DNA of 40,940 bases from a virus (Duplodnaviria; Caudoviricetes), in IMG/VR virus record IMGVR_UViG_3300037483_000108, positions 1 to 40,940 of that record. One strand, written 5' to 3'. The position numbers and the translations under genes were made by a program. The number at the start of each line of letters is the position of its first letter. The first letter of the stretch is position 1. Below, in pieces: positions 34,670-40,940 of this stretch. The notes under the pieces were generated by a model. That model saw nothing but the letters and a program-made list of their open reading frames with translations. It ran no database searches and was not told the DNA's origin.

Positions 34670-34975
34670 CTAGACGCTCCGCTGCTTCGCGAGTTTCCGA
34701 GATTCCATGTACTTGAATGCCATCGTCTCCATGGCGTCGTGCTCATCCTTCGGCACGCAAATGTCCGTTATATCCACGTACTTGAGTTCGAGCGCGTGAA
34801 GAAGTGCGCCGATGTTTTCAAGTGGGATGCCGGTCTCACCGGAGAAATAATGTCCCACCGATTGCTTGCTGACCGGCGTTCCTTTCACTGCGGACATGCG
34901 CGCAGCGATCGTTTCGTTGGTGAGTTCGAGTCTGGCTTTGCGCTCGAGTAACGAGCCAACTATTTGGCAGTTCAT
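34670..34975 (-). CDS. CII-like HTH transcriptional regulator
   Basis: LTNETIAARM...VSKQSVGHYFSG...GIPLENI..LL.AL.L; located after cro. Confidence 0.65.
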   Translation of the reverse strand: MNCQIVGSLLERKARLELTNETIAARMSAVKGTPVSKQSVGHYFSGETGIPLENIGALLHALELKYVDITDICVPKDEHDAMETMAFKYMESRKLAKQRSV

Positions 34976-35223
34976 TGTTTCTGCTCCTGATATCGCGGCG
35001 ACTCACACAGACTCACGACGACTCGGGCCTTCTCAGTCGTGCTAGTGGGGTTTTGGGTGAACTCATCGCGCATGGGAATTTACTCGTGTGGAATCAGGCG
35101 TGAGGGTGGAAGATGCCCGCCATGAACAGCGAGCAGACAACGATGATTAAGCGAACAGAACTACTACCAGCCACATGTGTAGAGGCCAAAAAAAAGGCGC
35201 GCAGCTCAGCTACGCGTGAATGT

Positions 35224-35258
35224 AAAAATGCCTCGACGGACGGGGATGCCGTCGAGGC
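35224..35258 (-). terminator. tR1-like terminator after cro
   Basis: Minus strand GCCTCGACGG-9 nt-CCGTCGAGGC-ATTTTT. Confidence 0.6.
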
Positions 35259-35296
35259 TAAAAACCCGCGCCAGGGAGGAGAGCGGCGGGGTGTGA

Positions 35297-35560
35297 TCAT
35301 GCGGCAGTACCGCGAGGGTACGCATCAGGATCAAGCCGATGGGCGGGTATGCCAGTGAGGCGCGATACCGGTAGCACCCATGGAGTCGGAACGCCGCCAA
35401 GGGCGAACCAGCTATGGATATTCTGTTGCTTGAGACTGCGGCCGCGTTTTTTGGCCTCCGGAGTCTCTGATAGACGGCGTGCTAACTCGGCTTGGCTGCC
35501 GATTGTGGCGACAGCATCACGCAGGGCGCGAATCTCAATGGTCTCTTTTTCGATGCTCAT
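35297..35560 (-). CDS. cro: Cro / YdaS-like repressor
   Basis: AVATIGSQAELARRL...QQNIHSW...VP...V..V...TGIP...L.PD.Y; divergent from cI. Confidence 0.85.
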   Translation of the reverse strand: MSIEKETIEIRALRDAVATIGSQAELARRLSETPEAKKRGRSLKQQNIHSWFALGGVPTPWVLPVSRLTGIPAHRLDPDAYPRGTAA

Positions 35561-35566
35561 AGCACC

Positions 35567-35609
35567 TTTATACAATTTAAACTTGTCCTACGCAACAATT
35601 TTTTTATGT
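35567..35609 (-). promoter_or_regulatory. PR-like promoter with two operators
   Basis: Minus strand TTGCGT-17-TATAAA; ACAA-N7-TTGT-type sites at 35572-35586 and 35595-35609. Confidence 0.75.
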
Positions 35610-35668
35610 TTGACTACCGGAAAGGGCTTACTAGAGTGGACGGGCAGAATCAACCGGCTATACTTGAC

Positions 35669-36022
35669 ATGAACACGATGAAACCCACCGAGGCGAAACA
35701 TCTAGGAACCCTCGCCGGCCGACTTCGGTTTGCGAGGAGACAAAAGGGACTCACTCAGGAGGAACTGGCTCGGGTGGTAAATTCAACCCAGCAAGTTATA
35801 CAAAGCATCGAGAGCGGAAAAACAAAACAGCCTCGCATCCTCAATGAGTTGGCCCAAGCGGTTGATGTGTCTCCAGCGTGGCTGCAATTCGGCATAGAGG
35901 AGATCGACTCGCTCGACAAAGAGGCCGTAATGCTGGCCCTCTCCTGGATGAATCTGGACGAACCCCATAAGTCCGCTATGAAAAATGCCATTCTCGAGAT
36001 GGCAAAAAAGCCCAAGAAATAA
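35669..36022 (+). CDS. cI: CI-like XRE-family repressor without a peptidase S24 domain (alternative start 35678)
   Basis: RLRFARRQKGLTQEELARVVNSTQQVIQSIESGKTKQPR, close to the phage 434 repressor HTH; only 117 aa. Confidence 0.85.
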   Translation: MNTMKPTEAKHLGTLAGRLRFARRQKGLTQEELARVVNSTQQVIQSIESGKTKQPRILNELAQAVDVSPAWLQFGIEEIDSLDKEAVMLALSWMNLDEPHKSAMKNAILEMAKKPKK

Positions 36023-36093
36023 TAAACCAACTGTTTCAGTAGGTTATTCCGCAATAAAATCCGCCTCACCCTAGAAAATATTTTTCTTCCAAT

Positions 36094-36136
36094 ACCACTT
36101 TTTTTTGTTGCAATTCACAATTTACTTTTGTATTCT
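36094..36136 (+). promoter_or_regulatory. PL-like promoter with two operators
   Basis: TTGCAA-17-TATTCT (36108-36136); operators ACCA-N7-TTGT 36094-36108 and ACAA-N7-TTGT 36117-36131. Confidence 0.75.
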
Positions 36137-36198
36137 CATCCCCATACCAAGCCCATCTAGGGCACCAACACCGGCCAGGCCGGATAACAGGAGGGAAC

Positions 36199-36369
36199 AT
36201 GTACCAGACCAAGCAGCGTTCAAACTCCCTATTCGTGGTGGCCGATGGCGTGGCGCACCAACTGACCCGCAAGGCGGCGGCACGTTATCTCCGCATTGGC
36301 CGCAAGCTGGGCTATCACTGGCGCTACTGCACGCACAACAATCTGCCGTGCTGGAGTGCACAGCCCTAA
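36199..36369 (+). CDS. First PL gene, small basic protein (56 aa, MYQTKQRS...)
   Basis: AGGAGGG RBS; the stop is followed immediately by the repeat; not in the ORF track. Confidence 0.7.
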   Translation: MYQTKQRSNSLFVVADGVAHQLTRKAAARYLRIGRKLGYHWRYCTHNNLPCWSAQP

Positions 36370-36398
36370 TACACAGGCACCAACACCGGAGAGACGAG

Positions 36399-36596
36399 AT
36401 GAGCAAACTCAAGCCGACCAAGATGGATCTTGCCAAGCAGATCGTGGCCGCTCTGTACAACATGCCTGCCATGCCTGATGAGAATCATCACTATGTCCGC
36501 GCATTGGTCAAAAAGCGGTATGGGGATCTAGATGATCAGGCCAAAGTTGCCCGCAAGATTCTTGCTGCAAAAGTGGCCATGGAACTTCAGGGATAA
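36399..36596 (+). CDS. Cassette ORF, hypothetical (MSKLKPTK...)
   Basis: ATG is supplied by the repeat. Confidence 0.75.
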   Translation: MSKLKPTKMDLAKQIVAALYNMPAMPDENHHYVRALVKKRYGDLDDQAKVARKILAAKVAMELQG

Positions 36597-36620
36597 CGGC
36601 ACCAACACCGGAGAGACGAG

Positions 36621-36896
36621 ATGAGCGAGATCGAAATCACGGGATACACCCAACACGGCCACTGTGAGCATTGTGGTCGCGTCCTCAAGCACTGCATCCG
36701 CATCTCTGATGGCCGGATTGTGGGTGCTACGTGTTTCGACAAACAACTCACGGCTCCCAGGGAATACCAAGGCAAGAAATACCGAATTGGCGCCGAGGAG
36801 ATCGTGCGGCGCGCCAAAATCGCCCAGTACGTGCCGGCGATGTCTTGGGATAGGTACGGTGTCACAGCGTCAGATTTCGGCTTCATTGCGTCATGA
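36621..36896 (+). CDS. Cassette ORF, zinc-binding (CEHCGR.LKH...GATC)
   Basis: ATG is supplied by the repeat. Confidence 0.75.
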   Translation: MSEIEITGYTQHGHCEHCGRVLKHCIRISDGRIVGATCFDKQLTAPREYQGKKYRIGAEEIVRRAKIAQYVPAMSWDRYGVTASDFGFIAS

Positions 36897-37087
36897 GCAC
36901 AGCAGACGAGGCCGTGCTCAATGTACTGCGTCGGATCATGGACGATCCGCGTGTTGCTTATTACTTCGATCCATTCACTAGGTCTTACGAATTGCTCACT
37001 GCGGCGTATGCCGAAGCAACCGGACAGGACGTGGATAAAATCCGCAAGGAGATCGAACAGGAATTGAACTTTGCTGCACCGAAGTGA
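36893..37087 (+). CDS. Hypothetical protein
   Basis: ATGA-coupled second gene of the cassette. Confidence 0.65.
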   Translation: MSTADEAVLNVLRRIMDDPRVAYYFDPFTRSYELLTAAYAEATGQDVDKIRKEIEQELNFAAPK

Positions 37088-37131
37088 AGCAATTGCCGGC
37101 TCAACACAGGCACCAACACCGGAGAGACGAG

Positions 37132-37395
37132 ATGAGCAAACCAACATCAGGTCCATGGTACGTAACAGATGGCGACGGCCGCGAGCGTGGATATATCCGC
37201 CGCACCGGGTCCGTGGCGGGAGAGCTGGCCATCGCGCGCGTTTGCCATGGGACGGCCCGCGGTTACTCGGAGATAAAAGCCAACGCTCGCCTGATCGCGG
37301 CAAGTCCAACGATGTATGACTACATTAAACAACGCGCGGATACCGGAGATACACAAGCGATATCAATTCTGGAGGCAATCAATGCCGATCGCTAG
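37132..37395 (+). CDS. Cassette ORF (T.GPW...ANARLIAA.P family)
   Basis: ATG is supplied by the repeat; common phage early-gene motif ANARLIAASP. Confidence 0.75.
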   Translation: MSKPTSGPWYVTDGDGRERGYIRRTGSVAGELAIARVCHGTARGYSEIKANARLIAASPTMYDYIKQRADTGDTQAISILEAINADR

Positions 37396-37585
37396 CAATA
37401 AAATCACCTATATCTGCCTAGTTCATGGCCTTCTCGCTCCTGGCATCGTATGCGGCCATGTGATCGTCGGCAATAAACACCTGTGTGGATACCGTGGTGA
37501 AGATTATTGTGAATTCAGACGCGAGAAGTGCGAATCAAAAACGCGGGAAGAGGTTGATACCTCATCTGTAAGCAACGCTTACTAG
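37382..37585 (+). CDS. Cys-rich hypothetical protein
   Basis: GGAGG RBS before ATG 37382. Confidence 0.6.
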   Translation: MPIASNKITYICLVHGLLAPGIVCGHVIVGNKHLCGYRGEDYCEFRREKCESKTREEVDTSSVSNAY

Positions 37586-37618
37586 TTCAACGATATGACC
37601 CAACACCGGAGAGACGAG

Positions 37619-37864
37619 ATGGTCCTGGTAAACGGCGAAATCAAAGCGAAGCGCGGCGTCTACAAGGCCTTCCGCAAGCACCTGAATGCCGACTACTCGG
37701 AAGTTATATGGCGCGCCGGCGACCGGAATCAATTCGGAAACCGCACGCGTAAGTATGGCGACTGGCTCTTTTATCAGGACCGCCCGATGTTCGAGGAGCT
37801 TCTTTGGAGAACCCTGCAAGGGCGCGGTGTAGAAGGTTTCGATAGCAGTAAGTGGATTGCATAA
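37619..37864 (+). CDS. Cassette ORF, hypothetical (YGDWL..QD..MF)
   Basis: ATG is supplied by the repeat. Confidence 0.75.
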   Translation: MVLVNGEIKAKRGVYKAFRKHLNADYSEVIWRAGDRNQFGNRTRKYGDWLFYQDRPMFEELLWRTLQGRGVEGFDSSKWIA

Positions 37865-37890
37865 TTGGGCACCAACACCGGAGAGACGAG

Positions 37891-38052
37891 ATGAGAATCC
37901 ACAAGATGACTCCCAAGCAGATTATGAAAATCCACAAGAGGAGAACGCCAATCCGCGCCACCACCAATGACACCCTAATCTGGCTATTCGCCGTCGTCGG
38001 TGCAGTGGGTATCACTATGTTACTGGCCCTTCTGTTGGCGTGGATATTATGA
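37891..38052 (+). CDS. Cassette ORF, small C-terminal TM protein
   Basis: ATG is supplied by the repeat. Confidence 0.7.
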   Translation: MRIHKMTPKQIMKIHKRRTPIRATTNDTLIWLFAVVGAVGITMLLALLLAWIL

Positions 38053-38336
38053 GTCTCTGGTGGCTTACCCCGGAAGGCGCGAAGGCATTGGCCGAAGAGA
38101 ACAGGGCTCTCGATGAGAGTTATGAACGCGAAATGGAATACCGCTCTCGCGTCGAACCAATAGTCGACGATCTGGAGCGTAAAGACGCCCTGCTCCGCGA
38201 AGCTCTCAACGTCATAGCGGAACTCGGGCCTCGCGGTCGTAAGCAACGCAATGGCTGCTTCTTCGTTATCCCACCCGAGCCGTGTTTTTGCACCGCGTGC
38301 AAGATCAAGCGTGAGCTGAATGAGGTGACGGAATGA
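38049..38336 (+). CDS. Hypothetical protein
   Basis: Coupled ORF. Confidence 0.6.
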   Translation: MSLWWLTPEGAKALAEENRALDESYEREMEYRSRVEPIVDDLERKDALLREALNVIAELGPRGRKQRNGCFFVIPPEPCFCTACKIKRELNEVTE

Positions 38337-38581
38337 AAGCGGGCGACCGAATCCGGATACAACATTATATCCATGAGCATCCGAGCCATTTCACGGATCA
38401 CACGGTCGAGGAGTTTCGTTATTGCCTCGGCGTGTTCCTTTCTGAGGCGGCCCGTGAGGCCGGCGACTTCACACCATTGTGTGAGCTGTACGAACCGGGC
38501 CCGGAATCCGAACAACAGTATATCTCCAACTATGGAGAGTACTACACGAACATGGTTCAGAGCTGGATGGATATTCCATGA
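38333..38581 (+). CDS. Hypothetical protein
   Basis: GAGGT RBS; coupled ORF. Confidence 0.65.
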   Translation: MKAGDRIRIQHYIHEHPSHFTDHTVEEFRYCLGVFLSEAAREAGDFTPLCELYEPGPESEQQYISNYGEYYTNMVQSWMDIP

Positions 38582-38826
38582 CCAATAACCACAAAACTTG
38601 CGACGTGCTCGAATGCGTCTGCGGCGTGCCCTGGGAACCCGATAGCGAGCAATTCGGATGCTGGTCGTGTGGCTCGACTTATCCGTCTTGTGCTGGCTGC
38701 AAATACGACAACGAAGAAACGCGTTGCACCCATCCTAAACGCGGCGCACATGAATTTGTGATTATGCCCATATCGGAATGTCACACCGTTGAGGTGGAGA
38801 AAGCCGCCCGGAGCACCGACCAATGA
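38578..38826 (+). CDS. Cys-rich hypothetical protein
   Basis: Multiple CxC/CxxC motifs; coupled ORF. Confidence 0.6.
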   Translation: MTNNHKTCDVLECVCGVPWEPDSEQFGCWSCGSTYPSCAGCKYDNEETRCTHPKRGAHEFVIMPISECHTVEVEKAARSTDQ

Positions 38827-39104
38827 CGACCTACATAGACAAAGTGCGTGAGCTATTAGATGCGATTGGCGAACTTCTAGAACTAGAAGTTGCTGGCTAT
38901 CAGCGAGCCTCGTCGATCCGCTATCAGCTTTCAATCGTCCGCTCTATGGTGTCCGCCCACGAGGCAGAGGTACGGGAATTAGTGGAGGCGGCGAAATTGG
39001 TCGATACGCACTACAGCGGATCGCTGGATCACCAGCCGCCTTATGTTCGGGCGATCCGCGCCGCGCTTCTCAAGTTCCAATATGTGGAGGCAAAGAATGA
39101 CTAA
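38823..39104 (+). CDS. Hypothetical protein
   Basis: GGAG RBS; shares AHEAEV.ELVEA with the next gene. Confidence 0.6.
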   Translation: MTTYIDKVRELLDAIGELLELEVAGYQRASSIRYQLSIVRSMVSAHEAEVRELVEAAKLVDTHYSGSLDHQPPYVRAIRAALLKFQYVEAKND

Positions 39105-39411
39105 GTCCCTAGAGCAAGTGCGGGAGGCGCTGGAGTTGTACGCATCTGATGCCACTTGGGGAAAAGATGACTGGGGGGTTTTGTCCGTCAACGTGCGCGA
39201 GTACGGAATGCCAGGCCGAGAAGCCCACGCCGCCCTCGACGCCCTACAGGCCCATGAGGCAGAGGTGAAGGAGTTGGTGGAGGCGCTGGGAGGCTTGCTG
39301 AAAGAAGCTGAATGGATTTATGCGGAAAAGTACTACGCCACACCGGCTAGACATAAATACAACATTCATTTCAATGCTGCCAGGGCCATCCTCGCCAAGG
39401 TGAAGCCATGA
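39097..39411 (+). CDS. Hypothetical protein
   Basis: GGAGG RBS before ATG 39097. Confidence 0.6.
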   Translation: MTKSLEQVREALELYASDATWGKDDWGVLSVNVREYGMPGREAHAALDALQAHEAEVKELVEALGGLLKEAEWIYAEKYYATPARHKYNIHFNAARAILAKVKP

Positions 39412-39596
39412 ACCACACCATTAACATCACCGATGCCCAGATTCGTTCTCTCATCGCATGCGCGAAAGAGGATCTGGCGTCCGCTGAAATGTGCCTTTCG
39501 GTCGACCCACACAGTGCGGCGACCTGTCTACGCGCGGCTACCGGTTTTAGCAATATCGCGGCAGTCCTGCTTACGCGGGCGATGGAGGGTAAATGA
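39408..39596 (+). CDS. Hypothetical protein
   Basis: Coupled ORF. Confidence 0.55.
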   Translation: MNHTINITDAQIRSLIACAKEDLASAEMCLSVDPHSAATCLRAATGFSNIAAVLLTRAMEGK

Positions 39597-39910
39597 ACCC
39601 ACTCGATCACATGATCGGCGCAGTGAACGAGGTGTACGACCCCAAGCCCGACCGCCTTTCGCAAGTGGACTGGATGATCCTCAACAAAGACGAATGGATC
39701 GACTACGTGAACGGGCACGACAAAAATGAATTGGCCCGACTCGCAAGAAACCCGGCCGCATGGGATCGCTTCTGGACGGGACAGCGCGAGAAGATCGAGG
39801 CGGCTTATGAGGAAGCGACCAAGCAGCCACCCGAACCGCCGGAACCCGACACCGTACGCCAGAAAGAGGCGCGGGATATTAACGCGGATATGCGGAGGGC
39901 GCATGGCTGA
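39593..39910 (+). CDS. Hypothetical protein
   Basis: GGAGG RBS; coupled ORF. Confidence 0.65.
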   Translation: MNPLDHMIGAVNEVYDPKPDRLSQVDWMILNKDEWIDYVNGHDKNELARLARNPAAWDRFWTGQREKIEAAYEEATKQPPEPPEPDTVRQKEARDINADMRRAHG

Positions 39911-40175
39911 GAAAACCAAACGAAAGAATCCGTACCAGATGCTCCTGGAAGACGCCAAAAAGTATGCCCGGGAGGCGAAGTATCGTCGCGCGGTGCTGAT
40001 GTGGACATACGACAAAGCAAAACTCGGGAACGGATGGAGTCTGAATGAGCTTTACGAGCGCACTGCGGCTGCCAAACAACTGGGTTATGACGTCGTACTT
40101 GAGGCAACAGCCGACGGACTATGCGTCAAATACGTCAAGACAGTTCCGGATGCGCCGTGGGCATTCAGAGCATGA
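39903..40175 (+). CDS. Hypothetical protein (MAEKTKRK...)
   Basis: GGAGG RBS before ATG 39903. Confidence 0.65.
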   Translation: MAEKTKRKNPYQMLLEDAKKYAREAKYRRAVLMWTYDKAKLGNGWSLNELYERTAAAKQLGYDVVLEATADGLCVKYVKTVPDAPWAFRA

Positions 40176-40287
40176 ATCACGACTGGGCTGACAAACTCTG
40201 GATGTGGGAGCCGCCCCTACGCGAGCGTCCCTGGAGTGAACGAGTGATGTTCTGGGTGTGGAGACTGTGCAGGTTTAAGGAGGCCAT

Positions 40288-40659
40288 GTGAGCAGAGAAC
40301 TGGACGCAAAGGTTGCGGAGCTAATCATGGGTTATCGGCTGACGTGTCCTGTCGATAACAATTGCGATCACGCGATCGGTGTCATGCGCGACGGATCGAG
40401 CGCCAAGCGCAACTTTTGCGATATGGATGGAAAAGAGCGGGTTATCCCATTTTATAGCAGTTATGCCGGCAACGACTACGAAGTCCTCGTACATGTGCGG
40501 GAGACGTGGAAGCCCGAAGAGCGGATGAGTTTCGAGGTGGCTCTTCAACGTATCACGTCCGAAAAATTCGGCGCGATCTCTGGGATTACATTCAGGCGTT
40601 CAAGCTACGAGCCGGGCGACTACAGCAAAGCGGCTCTAGCCGTAATGGAGGCCATGTGA
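40288..40659 (+). CDS. Hypothetical protein (SRELDA.VAE..MG family)
   Basis: AAGGAGG RBS; common phage N-terminal motif. Confidence 0.65.
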   Translation: MSRELDAKVAELIMGYRLTCPVDNNCDHAIGVMRDGSSAKRNFCDMDGKERVIPFYSSYAGNDYEVLVHVRETWKPEERMSFEVALQRITSEKFGAISGITFRRSSYEPGDYSKAALAVMEAM

Positions 40660-40847
40660 TCAATGATGACTATTTCGACAAGCTTGTCGCTGACTTTTTG
40701 CCGCAGATAGAGACAGCAACAAAGGAAGAACTTCCCAGGGTTTTGCGCCTTATATTCAAGGAGGTTGAGCGAGATACGCGGCAGCAAGCGGCTAGCATGG
40801 CGAATGAACTCGCCCTCAATATCCACAACATGGGACATCGGTGGTGA
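40656..40847 (+). CDS. Hypothetical protein (63 aa)
   Basis: GGAGG RBS, GTG start; ends just before ORF 36..359 across the circular junction. Confidence 0.55.
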   Translation: MINDDYFDKLVADFLPQIETATKEELPRVLRLIFKEVERDTRQQAASMANELALNIHNMGHRW

Positions 40848-40940
40848 CATGACCAACAACGCAAAAGCCTACTTACTCTGGGCCGTCGCCGTTCTGTCCT
40901 TTCTGCTCTTCATTGCGACAGTGAGCGCCAACACGATCCG
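40814..40940 (+). repeat. Terminal direct repeat, copy 2
   Basis: Identical to 1-127. Confidence 0.95.

Larger units (their letters stand above)
36160..37895 (+). repeat. Array of gene-start-associated direct repeats (GGCACCAACACCGGAGAGACGAGATG)
   Basis: Full copies at 36376, 36598, 37109 and 37868; a 22-bp copy at 37600; a partial (5' 14 bp) copy at 36161; each copy from 36376 on ends in the ATG of an ORF. Confidence 0.95.
1..40940. mobile_element. Complete temperate phage genome (lambdoid organisation, P22-like podovirus morphogenesis), excised circular form
   Basis: Integrase, attP, cI/cro, replication, terminase, portal, coat, tail and lysis modules are all present; the ends overlap exactly; there are no host genes. 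Confidence 0.95.

Noticed and set aside
35492-35668. N-terminal extension of cI (176 aa ORF)
   Set aside because: Runs through cro, PR and the operators; the HTH begins only after 35669
36105-36596. ORF-track proteins containing HRHQHRRDEM (36105, 37084, 37595, 37852 starts)
   Set aside because: That peptide is just the translated repeat; the true starts are the ATG at the end of each repeat
36160-37895. CRISPR array
   Set aside because: Intervals are about 190-490 bp, unequal and protein-coding; the repeat contains RBS+ATG; there are no cas genes
40814-40940. Biological terminal repeat of the virion DNA
   Set aside because: Exactly 127 bp, a usual assembler k-mer, and it falls in the middle of early genes far from the terminase; best explained as a circular overlap

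Overview
The window is a complete, circularly assembled temperate phage genome of about 40,813 bp. Bases 1-127 are repeated exactly at 40814-40940, which is most likely an assembly overlap. The gene order is lambdoid and the virion module is P22-like (podovirus). The + strand early operon runs from a PL-like promoter (~36108) through many small ORFs, across the contig junction, to an SSB-like gene, Gp157, a DUF4224 excisionase-like gene and a tyrosine integrase. It is followed by an intact attP whose core is the 3' half of a tRNA-Lys(CTT). The - strand carries cro, a cII-like HTH, two ParB-like genes, O/P-like replication genes, ninG/ninX, a Q-like antiterminator, terminase, portal, scaffold, coat, a glycosyltransferase, tail hub, ejection proteins, two receptor-binding proteins and a GH108 lysis cassette. 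Accessory genes on the + strand include a Wzy-like polysaccharide polymerase next to the tailspike, two tiny membrane peptides and a HicB/HicA-like pair. The most striking unexplained structure is an array at 36160-37895. There, a 22-26 bp sequence (GGCACCAACACCGGAGAGACGAGATG) is fused to the start codon of successive unrelated small genes, like a gene-cassette array. All product calls come from motif and synteny recognition by eye; no database searches were run.
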